DNA from: Octopus sinensis
Lineage: Eukaryota
Length of the DNA: 64,000 nucleotides
NCBI RefSeq assembly: GCF_006345805.1
Contig: NC_042998.1
Span: 59,644,001 to 59,708,000, forward strand
Reading direction: 5' to 3'
Both the position numbers and the translations under genes were made by a program. Under the pieces are notes generated by a model, which worked only from the letters and a program-made list of their open reading frames with translations, had not been told where the DNA came from and did no database searches. Below, one piece after another: positions 1 through 12,835 of the stretch. Numbering within the stretch: position 1 is the stretch's first letter; each line of letters opens with the position of its first letter.

Positions 1-108
1 TAGTATTATAAAGCAGTAGCAGCAGTAGTAGTATTATAAAGCAGTAGCAGCAGCAGTAGTTGCAGCAGCAGCAGCAACAGCGGCAGTAGTAGTAGTAGTA
101 GTAGTAGA
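1..108. repeat. (TAG/CAG)n trinucleotide microsatellite
   Basis: Visible agtagt/agcagc runs. Confidence 0.9.
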
Positions 109-1310
109 CTTATTGTTACTAACTATCCATGCAATAAGTGTAGAATCCAGGTCAGCCTTAATGAAAAGTAAACCATTCAGCAAATATCTTTCGCACATGA
201 CGATCAGTACATTCAAACACATGGAATCTCTTAGTGGACAGTTATGGCACGGAAGATAATCACATGTAATCACATGATTTTATCATATTTGGGTGGAGTA
301 GAAATTTGAATTTGAATTTGAAATTAAGGAATAAGGAAGAAGATGCATGGAATATACATATTATTTTTATTGCTTAATTTTAGAGCTTACGAAAGTCTTA
401 AAGTTCTAGTCTAAGTTTATCAGGTATAGCACAATCTCCTTTCCATTAGAAATTATCAGCATACCATAACACGAGGTACATAAATTAAATATTTTATGAA
501 ACGAGACCTTTCTTACAGATGGAAAATATTTACAGTGAAATGCTCTTCTGTCTTGTAGATTTTTCTTTGTACGGCTTTTGTAGATTAGTACTTGTATCTA
601 GAGTTATATTACTTTTTGTATCGTCCCTTTTCTTAAGACGATGAAACGTAATATGAAGGATTCTGGCTACCAAATTACTGTATTTGTGAAACAAATTTCT
701 CAATCACCCATTTATGCGTGAACATGTGACCATACTAATCACGTGTTGAAAATCGGAACACTCGTTTTCGCAACATTTACGTAATTATTCAAAATATATT
801 ACTCCATTTCATTTTTTATTTACGTCTGATTTTGGTCTTGTTTCTAACTTCTTAATATTAACATTAACGATTTAAACTACAATAATGTTACATGTGAATT
901 GAGCAAATAACACTGAATAAAGAATTAACTTATTGTTTTTGCTAAACACATATCTTATGTAAATCTTGCCTGAACTGTTTTTATGCACACAAATGATTAA
1001 TAGTGTGCACAACAAGATATATTTCATAATAGATTAAACAGTCATTATTAAGCGAACATATAATATATACTTTTATAACTAACTAGAATAAAGCGAAATA
1101 TATGTAATATATATTTGAGAATTTGTCCAACTTAGATACCGCAGGCTATTCGCAGTATATCCGTAAAGTCGACGAAGAATCGCATCCATTCTCTTTCACC
1201 ATTGTTACATTTTTCTTTTACATGATATATGTCATAAAAGTCTGGGAAAACTTGATTTTTCTATTGTTTTGTATTCGAGTAAATGTGCATTGTAATACAC
1301 GTTTCATATA

Positions 1311-1696
1311 CTAGCAGTTTCGCCCGGCGTTGCTCGGGTTTGTTTCGATCATTTAGAATTGGAATTTTTGAATAGTAAAAATTGGGCATTATGTAGCTTG
1401 TTATTCTCTTTAATTGAACATTTTTCTGGTTGAAATACACCGAAAAATGGAGACACTGCAGTCAAAAAATCGTAAAAAATAGGGATCTTCTTAGAAAAAA
1501 AAGCACCTTTTTGATGTAAATAATTTTTGGTGTTAACATGGTCTGATTTGAATGTTTTCTTCTACGGAAGGAATAGCAAGCCTTCTATCATACTCTCAAT
1601 TTTTGTCAACTTGTGCTGCAAGGGCTCGGAGGAGATAGTGTTAGTTGAAGGCTAGCAAACCTGCCATACACAGACAACTTCAGCTTTATATATAGA
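1311..1696 (-). mobile_element. Non-autonomous Helitron
   Basis: Minus strand starts TCTATATATAAAG and ends CTAG. Hairpin CCCGAGCAACGCCGGG lies 8 nt before the end. Inserted between host A and T. No coding remnant. Confidence 0.8.
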
Positions 1697-1960
1697 TTCA
1701 TGAATTCTAGCAAATTTTTACATTATGAGGAAACTGGTCTGTAAATGGAAGAATTGTAGCACATATCGATTCTATTTGTTTGGTACATGTTTTCTTCAAG
1801 ACTGAATTTTGCCTTAGAACTCTTGCGGAAATTATCGGTCATGGTATATTTAATGCATCTAGCTGTTCAACTTTAGGACAAATATAACTATTTTATTTTA
1901 ATATATTCACCATTTCCTTTCCATTTTGGTCCTATAAAATGACCAATTTGTGTCCCTGAT

Positions 1961-1961
1961 A

Positions 1962-2005
<44 letters not shown>

Positions 2006-2086
2006 TGTGTGAATGTATGTATGTATGTATGTATTCATATATGTATATATATATGCATACATATATACATACACACACACCCACAG

Positions 2087-2136
<50 letters not shown>

Positions 2137-2155
2137 GTGTGTGTGTGTGTGTGTT
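1961..2155. repeat. Compound (TG)n/(TA)n/(TATG)n microsatellite
   Basis: Direct reading; source of the spurious IYIY/VCVC ORFs. Confidence 0.9.
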
Positions 2156-2189
2156 CACATGAGATATTATATATATATTCCACCCGTCT

Positions 2190-2480
2190 AGTGGACGGGC
2201 TTTAAACATATACTACATCGTAGTAATTTTGAATAGATTGTCATGAATTTCACGGAAGGACTCTGTTCCTTCGTTTCAGCCATCGCAAAACTCAACGAAG
2301 AGGAGAGAAGCACTACAAGACAAAGACGCACAACGTCGCAGTACCACAGCAATAGACGACGCCAGTCGGCAGACTGATACCTGAGGATCACATCAAGCGG
2401 CTTCTAGCGGCGGAAGCTTGAACTACAAAGGGTTTGTCCCAAAGAGAACCTTTCCGGTTACTTTTGGGTGCCTCTTCATA
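2190..2480 (-). mobile_element. mariner-like element, 5' end fragment
   Basis: Minus strand begins TA-TGAAGAGGCACCCAAAAGTAACCGGAA (mariner-type TIR) and later encodes MAETKEQSPSVKF, like the mariner N-terminal EQRxxIKF motif. Confidence 0.5.
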
Positions 2481-2540
2481 TATACGTATATATGCATGTA
2501 TGTATGTATGTATGCATATACGTATGTATGTATGTGTATG

Positions 2541-2594
<54 letters not shown>

Positions 2595-2663
2595 GTGTTG
2601 TGGTGTGTGTGTGTGTGTGTGTGAGTGTGTATTTATGTATGTATACATACATACATATATCGC

Positions 2664-2872
2664 GTGTGTACCGTTGGCGATTTTTTTACTCTCTCTTCCC
2701 TTCTCCGTATCTTTCCTTCTGCTATGTTTCCGACGAAGAGCTCCGCTCGAAACGTTAAACCCTCCTTCTTTCTTTCTTTCCTGAGCGTCCAATAATACTA
2801 TATTTGTTCCACGTCCTCGCGTTGTTGTGTTTCTTTGTGATTTCTTGTTTGGATTAACTTTATATATACGCA
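2664..2872 (+). mobile_element. Solo Penelope-type terminal repeat with minimal hammerhead motif (2726-2760)
   Basis: GTTT-CCGACGA-A-GAGC-TCC-GCTC-GAAA-CGTT-AAAC inside a pyrimidine-rich ~200 bp unit related to 39483-39665 and 54900-55165. Confidence 0.6.
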
Positions 2873-2999
2873 TATATTGATCTATATTTACGTATGCATA
2901 TATATGTATATAGATATATATGTAATATGTATGCGTGTGTGCATGTGTGTATACGCATGTTATATATTTATACACATATATATGTACATATCTATGCAT

Positions 3000-3470
3000 A
3001 TATACAACAGACTTGGCTACGTCAATCTCACAGATGGGACTATCCCCAACACACTAGACCACCACATCAAATGGATACAATGTGGATACCACTGGCAGTA
3101 ACACAGACATCACATTAGTGCTGTTACTGTGCAACAGAGAATTGGAACGTTATGCATAGTACTTACAGAAACGCACTTCATACCAGATATAGCAAATGCA
3201 GAAATACACCTAACATAGTGTGTTGTATTAAGGACCGACTGAAGAGAAAGGAGTCACGCTGTAGTTCCTATATACATCCACGAATACCTCACACTCCGGA
3301 TCCTTTTTTCACACTCAAATTCAGTATGTGACACACTAATTGTACACATAAGATATATGGTATAGCCATGTGTAAATGACTAGAAACCTATATGTGAATA
3401 ACAAAAGCACTTCAAATTTTAATCCACTGGTTAATATCGTACCACTTAGAACCCTTTATAATTTCCCCAC
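3000..3470 (+). pseudogene. LINE APE endonuclease remnant (CR1/L2/Jockey-type)
   Basis: Translates IVLTETHFIPDIANAEIHL*..LRTD*RERSHAVVPIYIHEYL..SHSNSVCDTLIVHI; homologous to 22650-23440. Confidence 0.7.
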
Positions 3471-3571
3471 CACTATTGTGTGTCTGTGTTTATAATCACC
3501 GTATGTGTATGCCTATATATAAATATATGCCACCACTTGCCTGTACATACATACAACCTTTCTTCCCCCTC

Positions 3572-3686
3572 CTGGCACTCCGTCCCTTACGACGACGACG
3601 AGGGTTCTATTTGATCCGATCAACGGAACAGCTTGCTCGTGAGATTTACGTACAAATGGCTTTACACTCTACAGACACCTGTACCT
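3572..3686 (-). mobile_element. SINE 3' body fragment
   Basis: Reverse complement of the body shared by 24268-24647 and 29011-29328 (gctgttccgttgatcggatca...gacggagtgcc); truncated at the hAT boundary. Confidence 0.75.
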
Positions 3687-3689
3687 TCC

Positions 3690-6600
3690 CAGTGGTTCCC
3701 GGCTGATTTTAGGCCATGCCCCACTGAATCACTTCTAAAATCCTGATGCCCCCATTGTGATATTTAATTTTTGTTATTCAACATTTTACTACTATTCACT
3801 TGTAGGAAGCTTAAAAGCTAAACAAGCTTCCAAAGAACATGGCATTTATGAAAGAGAAAAAAAACAGAAGGAGAGTTAAATAAATAAAGTTTCAAAAATA
3901 TTGTCATGGAGAACACCCCCGAGGCAGAGAAGTGGGCTGTTCCACTACAAATAAATAGTTAACAGGCATAACAACTCGCTGAGGCACGCCGTTGGGCTGA
4001 CGATGAAGTACGTCGTCATAATACCACACAAAACAGTGTCGAGAAAGACACAACAAACATATAAGAGAGAAATGAAATGCGGAAATATAAAATATATGAA
4101 TATGAAATAAGCAAACTAAAGTTAATGAGATCCTTGTGATTCATGCTTGCTGCAGAGAGATTTTATATTAGGCACTAATTTAGTCAGCTTCACTCTCACG
4201 TCTCCTCGTTTAGTGATATCCAGTCGATTTCTTTTCGTCAAGAACAAATCATTTACAGCACTAAAGCTACATTCAGCTAAATATGAAGCTGGTTGAATTA
4301 GGGTATTTGGTTTCTGTCTCATCACAAAGCCATGACATCACTCCTTTTATATTGAATAAAGTTTTAACAGGCTCATCATTCTGCATTTCCGAGAGTTCTT
4401 CTTGGTACTGTACCGAAATATGGGATATATCCACTAGCATTAACTGCATAACCCATGCTGGAAAATCAGTTTGTTTTAAATCAGAAAATCTTTCTTTCAA
4501 ATCAGAAGACACTATTTCCAAATAATCCATAATGACAATTACAGCAGCATCGGTCAACTCACACTTTTTTAGCCAATGAAACTGGTCAAAGATTTTGTCA
4601 GGAATATATTTTTGACAAACCTCAATGAATGTAACAAAGCCAAATATCTTCGTCTTTGCATCAATAAGAGTTTTATTTGATCTTTGAAATTGTTTATTTA
4701 GTATATTCAGTTTTTCAAAGATATCTGTTAAGTAACTTACAAATGCTTAACCATCGACGGTTAGCAGGTGCTTCATTTCAGGTTGTCAGTTAAAAAGTCA
4801 TGAAGAACTTCAAATTGTTCCATAAATCTTTTCAGGCAATTCCCCTTTGAGAGCCATCTTACCTCAGTGTGAGATAAAAGTCTCACATAGTCCGCATTTT
4901 CAGGTATGAATCACAAGGATCTCACTAACTGCTTGAAAAGACGCTCACATTTGGCATTAGCTTTGATAGAATTGATACACTTTACTACTGATTTTAGTAC
5001 CTCATTGAGAACAGGAGTCATATTTTCGTATACAAAGTTCTCTGTATGAATAACACAGTACACAACAAACATTTCTGGGTTCTCATCTTTCATCAATTCT
5101 AAGCAGCCTTTTTTCTTGCCCATCATAATAGGAGCACCATCTGCAGCACAAGATGCTATGTTCTCTATTGGTACATTGTTGGCATTCAAGTAATTTTAAA
5201 GCTTATCATATATATCAGTGGCGGTAGTGGTGGATTCTAATGAGTTGCAGAATGTCATTTTTTCAGCAAAATCATCTTTATCAAAAAGTCTTGCATAGGT
5301 TAGCAATACGACCTCGCTGTCTCTTAGAGTTGATTGATCCATTTGTAATGAGAATTTTCTTGATTACAGCTGTTCAACAAATTGTTTCAATATCTTCACT
5401 CATTTCATCTATTCTTATACTAACAATATTGTTACTAAGCGCCATGGCTTGAACAACTTTGTCATCTTTTTCCGGGACATTTTTAAAAATGCTGATATTG
5501 ATGGTTTAATTAAATTCTCCCCAATAGTATGATTCTTTTCCATATTTAGCAATGAGTAATGAAATTTGATAAGTAGTCTCAAGAGTACGACGGGCGTTGT
5601 TCTTTTTGCAAACTTCTTTAACGACTTAAAGTAATTTAAATCTGAATTTACATATGCACTGTTTCGTCTTCAAATGCAACTCAAGATAATTTGGTTTCAT
5701 TGATTCGTTGGTCAAACATGGTTGGCACAAGAGGCAGAAAGATGACCGTTTACCGTTAATAGCGGGTATAAATCCAAATTTAAAATATTCCTCTGAATAT
5801 TGACGAACTTTTTTACTTGAACTATTCATTTTATGTACTTTTTAATCAAATACGAGAGATTTCAGTTCAAGCATATTTTTTCAACAATTTCTCCAAAAAG
5901 ATTTTAGTATAGCAATAATAAATCTCTGAACGAGGTATAAACAGTAACTGCACCACAATGTGAGGTATATTTGCCATCTCAATATGGCTAACCACTAAGA
6001 GTGGGTGTTACTGTAGCTTATAGCCCCCAGGAGAACATCTCCTCCAGCTGGCTTTAGGCACACTTTCTGTGCCCTAAGTTATTTGCAAAGGGAGGTTATC
6101 CTTCCCTCGTCAACCTAAGTGATACGCACGGACTGCAGTTTCTAGGTATTGACCTGTCATCAGCGTACGGCAATCACCGGTTTTCGATGAAAGGGGTCCC
6201 AATGCAAATACTTATATCATTTTTCCAGTAACTTTTCGTCACTGATCTCGAAAAACTGTATGCAAGCAATAATAAATCTCTGAACGAGGTATAAACAGTA
6301 ACTGCGCGACAATGTGAGGTATATTTGCCATCTCAATATGGCTAACCACTAAGGGTGGGTGTTACTGTAGCTTATAGCCCCAGGAGAACATCTCCTCCAG
6401 CTGGCTTTAGGCACACATACACACACACGCACACTCACACACATACTCACACATACATAGGTGTTTGTAAGTACCTACATGTTTTCATATACCGAAGGAA
6501 ATAAATCTATTCCCTCTTCAGCAACATCTGATCTTGTGATGATGAAAAACACCCTGTTGTCTCTTAAGTGTCCAAAATTGCCTCTAAAGTGTTCACAGAA

Positions 6601-6800
6601 GGAATGAAAAGATTTTTTTAAATTCTCGTTCTAGAATTGCCCCCTTCCTCTATTGGTATAGTAAAAAGCATTGTGTGCATGAGATATAAATTTAACATAA
6701 CCCGACGCATGCCTCACCAAAATATTACTGTGCTCCACCAAATTATTACCATGCCCTACCGGTGTGTTATGTGCCCCACGTTGCGTAGACATGTGTCAGT
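3690..6800 (-). mobile_element. Decayed hAT transposon (Buster/Charlie, ZBED5/FAM200-like transposase)
   Basis: Minus-strand fragments MNSSSKKVRQYSEEYFKFGF..CLLC (BED finger, 5626-5829), SCAADGAPIMMGKKKG..VYCVIH (4911-5189) and dimerisation-region pieces (4122-4557). CAGTGGTTCCC at 3690 resembles a Charlie-type terminus. Right boundary uncertain (6416-6800). Confidence 0.85.
5911..6416. repeat. ~354 bp-period direct repeat in hAT 5' region
   Basis: ~153 bp segment at 5911-6063 recurs at 6265-6416 with few differences. Confidence 0.85.
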
Positions 6801-7399
6801 GAGATCACATTGGCAAGCTGTCCTATCCGCGACGCGTGCATGTGTCTGCAAACAAACCTGGCATACTAGATACTGTGTTCCAAAATGCGACTACTATTAC
6901 ATCAGTAGTACCACATCCTACTAAAGGAACATTTGAGAACGTACGCGTCTCCCTTATGCAAATGCGGCAACAACACGAAAGAGATAAACGCTTTCATAGT
7001 GGTCATGAAGGGGAATACAGGAAATGTCTGTATTAACGAATCCTTACTGATGACCTTACTCATAACTCAAGGACCAATGAATCATTAAAAGCCCAAATGC
7101 GTCCACAACCTGCTCCATCACAACTGCAACGGCGATTGGTGCTGTTGTCTGTGAGCACCATGTTCGCCACTTTCACAGCCATTGTCACCTTCACAGCCAT
7201 CGCCACAGCCATCGCTTCCCCCACATCCATCGCCGCCGCCACAACCATCACCGCGTTAAGAATTGTTGTCAGCCACCACTTTGTCAACGACTGCTACTAG
7301 GACATATACCATCAACGGCATCACCGATTACTACTATGGCATTTACTATTATTGCGACCATAGTAATGATCTTTTCTACTCTAGGCACCAGGTCCGAAA

Positions 7400-7734
7400 T
7401 TGGGGGGGGGGGGCAGTCGATGAAATCGAACTCAGTACGCAACTGGTACTTAATTTATCGACCCAGAAAGAGATGAAAAGCAAAGTCGACCTCGGTGGAG
7501 TTTGAACCCAGAATGTAAAGATAGACGAAATAACTATTTCTTTACTACCCACAAGGGGGCTAAACACAGAGAGGACAAACAAGGACAGACAAAAGTATTA
7601 AGTCGATTATATTGACCCCAGTGCGTAACTGGTACTTATCTAATCGACCCCGAAAGGATGAAAGGCAAAGTCGACGTCGGCGGAATTTGATCTCAGAACG
7701 TAGCGGCAGACTAAATACCGCTAAGCATTTCGCC
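7400..7734 (-). mobile_element. Two adjacent copies of tRNA-derived SINE family A
   Basis: Both carry aactggtact..atcgaccc..gatgaaa.gcaaagtcgac.tcgg.gga.tttga..cagaa, the reverse complement of 16531-16762. Confidence 0.85.
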
Positions 7735-8173
7735 GATGATAAATGGTAAGCTATTACGTGTTGAGTCGAAGTCTTTAGGAAAATAGAAGCTGTTATATTG
7801 TTATAAAAATGTTCTATCGTGAAATATTAATACTTTTCCTCTTTTTAGCCAAGTCGCTAAGTCTTCACTATACGTAATTTCATGTACTTGTGTTTTCACT
7901 GTCTCAATATCTCAAATGGATTTTTTTTCTTATGCCGTGCGACTTTCATCCGGTGCATCCCTTTAGCTGTTAACACCACTGAGATAGAGATTCCATTTGA
8001 GGCATCGAAACAGCACGGAATCAGAGAGAGACAGTTGCAGATACTTAAATATTCGCTAGTTTCTTCGTTTTTGAGATATGTTGTGTGTTTCAATAGTTAG
8101 TGTTCAATTTCACTCGGTTGTGATGCCGTCCCACAGATGTATTCCCTTACATGTCTCCCCCCTCTCTCTCTCT

Positions 8174-8206
<33 letters not shown>

Positions 8207-8298
8207 TTCAGCAAAATTTAGATTCAAATGAATATGGTATTTAAGTTAGATGCACCAGAATTTTGTTTGGTGTTATCCATATAAATCCACGAAGTAAT

Positions 8299-8862
8299 TA
8301 TAATCAAAATAAGCAAGAAGAATAACTTCGGTAATTTGGTACGATCGTTTCACGCTACATCATTTTATTAAATGTTGTAAGTATTACAAGTTTTAAAATG
8401 TTGAGCAATCATCAACCATTAATAGAGATTTTCCATTAATACATAATTTTCATATCAATTGATAACAATATAGAGAAGGTAGACATATAGACAAAGATGT
8501 CGATTTAAATTTTTAAGAACATTAGGTAGTAGAGTTTATCAACTGACTGAAGAATATTCGGAATATTCCCAAACCTTCTAGCAGTTCAAAACAACTGAAT
8601 ATTCTTAATATTCTTCAGTCAGTTGATAAACTCTACTACATTAATGTTCTTAAATTTTAAATCGACATCATTGTCTATATATCTACCTTCTCTATAATGT
8701 TATCAATTGATATGAAAATTATGTATTAATGGAAAACCTCTATTAATGGCTGATGATTGCTCAACATTTTAAGACTGTTGTAATACTTACAACATTTAAT
8801 AAAATGATGTAGCGTGAAACGATCTTACCTAATTACCGAAATTGTTCTTGCTGTTTATTTAT
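8299..8862. repeat. Long foldback inverted repeat (~270 bp arms, 28 bp spacer)
   Basis: 8299-8568 is the reverse complement of 8597-8862 at roughly 90% identity by eye; (TA)n nearby on both sides. Confidence 0.9.
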
Positions 8863-9343
8863 ATATATATATGTGTGTGTGTGTGTGCGCGCGCGCTTGT
8901 GCGTGTGTGTGTGTGTAGGTCATCTTCATATGTATCTCTATACGTAAATGTGTGTATATATGTGGATAAATGCGATGAAGCTTTTCTTTCCCGCGTTATA
9001 TTAAAGTCAAAACTATGATTATATTTGATATCTTTTGTTGAGAGTCGTTCCTATCTCTCCATGGATCAATTATATTCCAATTATATGCTTGGATCAATTA
9101 TATTCCTAAATCCGTAACTAATATTTCAACAACTTCATGTCCTTAACAAAAGAATGAAGTGACAGTCATGTTCTTCGCGTGAATTGCGTAGATAGCAAAC
9201 AATTTCAGGAACCTAAGATAGCAAAATAGAAATAAGAGATTTTTTAATAATTAATATATATATATATTTGACAAAAACCTGTAATATGGAGAGAGGAAGA
9301 GAGAGCTGTTATATCGCCTCCAGTGATCACTTGCTACTTTATT

Positions 9344-9463
9344 TTATCGTTCCCTAAACGGAGGACAGAGAAATTCAGAAATTTCATCCCCAAGGTAAAA
9401 ACCCGGAAGAAACTCCAGCAAGCGATTACGTTCGGTGAAATAGCGATTCTGCAAGCTCAGCGC
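9344..9463 (-). CDS. Candidate terminal coding exon, unknown product
   Basis: Acceptor tttattttctttttacag; open frame ALSLQNRYFTERNRLLEFLPGFYLGDEISEFLCPPFRER*; AATAAA right after the stop. No homology recognised. Confidence 0.3.
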   Translation of the reverse strand, partial: ALSLQNRYFTERNRLLEFLPGFYLGDEISEFLCPPFRER

Positions 9464-9576
9464 CTGTAAAAAGAAAATAAACAAATCCTTACGATTATTG
9501 AATACAAGCACACAAATAAATGCAATATGTATTTTTTTAAATTGTCGCTTCAAATCGAAGGATAAATATAGTTATG

Positions 9577-9630
<54 letters not shown>

Positions 9631-9741
9631 ACAGTTATTATACTATGAATCTTCCATAGTAGCCGTAGCCTTCCCTCCGTAACTCGCAAAGCCTTTCGGG
9701 TTTGTTCATAAAAATATTACTTGTAATATATATACATATAT

Positions 9742-10055
9742 CTTTTACTCTTTTACTAGTTTCAATCATTTGACTGTGGTCATGCTGGAGCACCTCCTTT
9801 GGTCGAGCAAATCGACCCCAAGACTTATTCTTTGTAAGCTTAGTACTTATTCTATCGGTCACTTTTGCCGAACCACTAAGTTACGGGGACGTAAACACAC
9901 CAGCATCGGTTGTCAAGCAATGTTGGGGGGATAAACACACACACATATATATGTACATATATACGACGGGCTTCTTTCAGTTTTCGTCTACGAAATCCAC
10001 TCACAAGGCTTTGGTCCGCCCAAGGCCATAGCAGAAGACACTTGCCCAAGGTGCC
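9742..10055 (+). mobile_element. Interspersed repeat family B (SINE-like)
   Basis: cat.tgactgtggtcatgctggagcac...gccgaacc.ctaagttacggggacgtaaac...agaagacacttgcccaaggtgcc; related copies at 12836-12965, 23700-23975, 38950-39120. Confidence 0.8.
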
Positions 10056-10461
10056 CTTGGTAGTCTTAGCACTTCAGGGATTCAAATATAACTTCAAATA
10101 TTTCCAGGAGCATATTTTTGAATATTTAATATATATTTATAACAATACGTCTTTACATTTACTGAATAAAATCTTAAGAGCTTACGAGATGTAAATAAAT
10201 ACAATATAATTAACAGTTTGTTGCTTTACTTGATGTTATACAGACTAGCCTTTGTTCAATGATAGGTCATTGTTTTCATAAATATATCTGAAAGCAACAC
10301 ACAATAAAATCTATAGTACAGCTCACCTGAAGAAAAATAAAGCAAATCTCAAATGCAATATTTTTAAACAGAAAACGTAAAACACTTGGTTGATATAATA
10401 TTGAAGTGAAATATTTAGCATTTCCATTGTAGTATGTGTGTATTTTTCTACGTAGATAACA

Positions 10462-10508
<47 letters not shown>

Positions 10509-10540
10509 TAATGATAATAATAATAATAATAATAATAATA

Positions 10541-10580
<40 letters not shown>
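10462..10580. repeat. (AAT)n microsatellite
   Basis: Direct reading. Confidence 0.95.
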
Positions 10581-10581
<1 letters not shown>

Positions 10582-10965
10582 GTTACAAATTAAGAAATTG
10601 CGATGAGGCTGGGGCAAAATTTAAATTTGCTTCAAAGCTAAGATATCTTAAATTCTTCAATTATAAATAAGAAATCTAGAAATAGACTAGGGAATATTGC
10701 ATAAATCGCCCCATTTACCTTTGAAAATTATGATTAACATAAGCAAACAAATTTCTGGCATTATCAGATAAGAATTCCGTAGGAAACCACAAATACAGGA
10801 AACTTTTTTTATAGACGTTCTGTACAAATATCACACAGCTGCTGTTCCAAAATGAGGGTGATTATCACTCGCAAGCCATACCACGTTGAACGACGAGCTA
10901 CATGGTATCGCGGACTATAAATAGTTGAATAGGTGCTAAGCAGAGTCTATAGGGGTATTTTAATC

Positions 10966-11009
<44 letters not shown>

Positions 11010-12778
11010 CTTAATAATGCTTTGATTGTCTCAAGAGTCTCCTGGTGTAAATTTAGAATTTAGTGCAAATACAAACAGGTCAATATATTTATTAGCATTT
11101 ATATTCAGATGCGATGTTTAGTACGTGCCACTTTTCTTAACCGCTTAATATTTGGACTCTGTTGAAACCATTTTTTGTTTTTTGTTTTTTTTTATTACAA
11201 CTCTGAATTACAGTTAGGGACCGTGTGTGGAATAGAGATATTGCATATGTCAGGAATTGATCAAAACTAAATGCCAAAGTTCAGTTTTCGGCTACGATGT
11301 TCTAATATCAGCGGAGAAAATTCGAACGTTAGGTTCCTTCCTTTTTCATCGTGTTTTATTTATTCTGCATAAATTGATAAGCATAAATCATCATAAGGTG
11401 ATTCAAAGCTTACAAATTACACACTTCTTCAGTCCGATATCGTCTCATCCCTAGTGTAACTGCCAGTCAACAGAATTCACTGGGTAACCTCTTTTTTACC
11501 AGAAACATCCAGGTACCTTCTCACTATATTTTACTTATGTGAAGACATATATATGATTTGGTTCTCTTTGAAAGACTAAGACAAGAATTTTCATAACTGT
11601 CTAGAATTATATAAAATGAGATGATAATGAGTTGATCTCATGAAAATTAATCGTTTAAAAATATTTATATAACATGAAATTGTAAAAGAGTTCGAGGGCG
11701 TTACGCCTTAGCTCATGTTATCTAATATTCTAATAGCCGTATTGAATTATTTACAGTAATTGATTTTGCTACATGACAGGCTGTCCGCAACGACGAAAAT
11801 TTAAGAATATTTTACCTTAGATATATACACATAAGCACTGGCACACATACACGTGCACACATATACATATATGCACACATGTTGACCAGACATATATAAA
11901 CCAAAAAGAAAAAAGAAAATAGCGTTGGCAACTGACATTCCTTGTCAGACCCAATTATCTCCTTACCGTTCACAAGGCAGCATCAATATTTAGTGTCAAG
12001 TGACTACGTATAGTATTATCTTCGTAGGTGTGTGATATTGATTCTCTCACGACCAAATTATATATAAAAATATAATTACATCGTATTTACTTCTCGGCAA
12101 AATGTCATCTTTAAACAGCAAAAGATGCAACAATAGCCAAAAATGTAATTTTGAAGATAACAATAGCATTAATTAGAATTTAAGAGGAGAGTATAAAATT
12201 CTACCTTTGGTTCATGGATATAAATTGATTATACTATTTATTTTAGATTTTCGATTTCACTTGAATTGACTTTGCTTGTCATCCGTTTGAGATCGATAAA
12301 GGAAGAAGCGCTATTGTACTGAGATCAATGTAACTGATTAAACAAAATGACATACAATTTTCTCTTGTATTTGCGTAAGAAATAAGTTCCTCAAAATTAA
12401 GTTATCTGAGCTGTAAAGCAGAGAACAATACAGTGATAAGACGAGACTTCTACACAATTAGGAAATTAATTACAGACTGATAATAATATTGTTAAGAAGA
12501 CAGAAAGTCAAGAACATCCCCTTCTACTCAATTACAAATATTAAGACTTAATAGAAAGAAAACTTTCGATAATTTATATATACGTATGTGTGTGTGCTTT
12601 ATAATTAATTAATTAATCGGCATAAATAACAGAATGACTTAGGCGCCGACAGCTTCATGATAAGAGCCAATGCTCGAAACTCCCTTAAATTATTCTGTAG
12701 CTTATGCTGCTTATTAATGTTGAGTTATGTTTTCTTCTTTGCATCACCAACTGTATGTGTGTGTGTTCGTGTGCGTGT

Positions 12779-12824
<46 letters not shown>

Positions 12825-12835
12825 ATGACTGGTGT

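Noticed and set aside
7882-8100. Overlapping short ORFs on both strands
   Set aside because: No recognisable motif and no splice-site pair giving an open exon.
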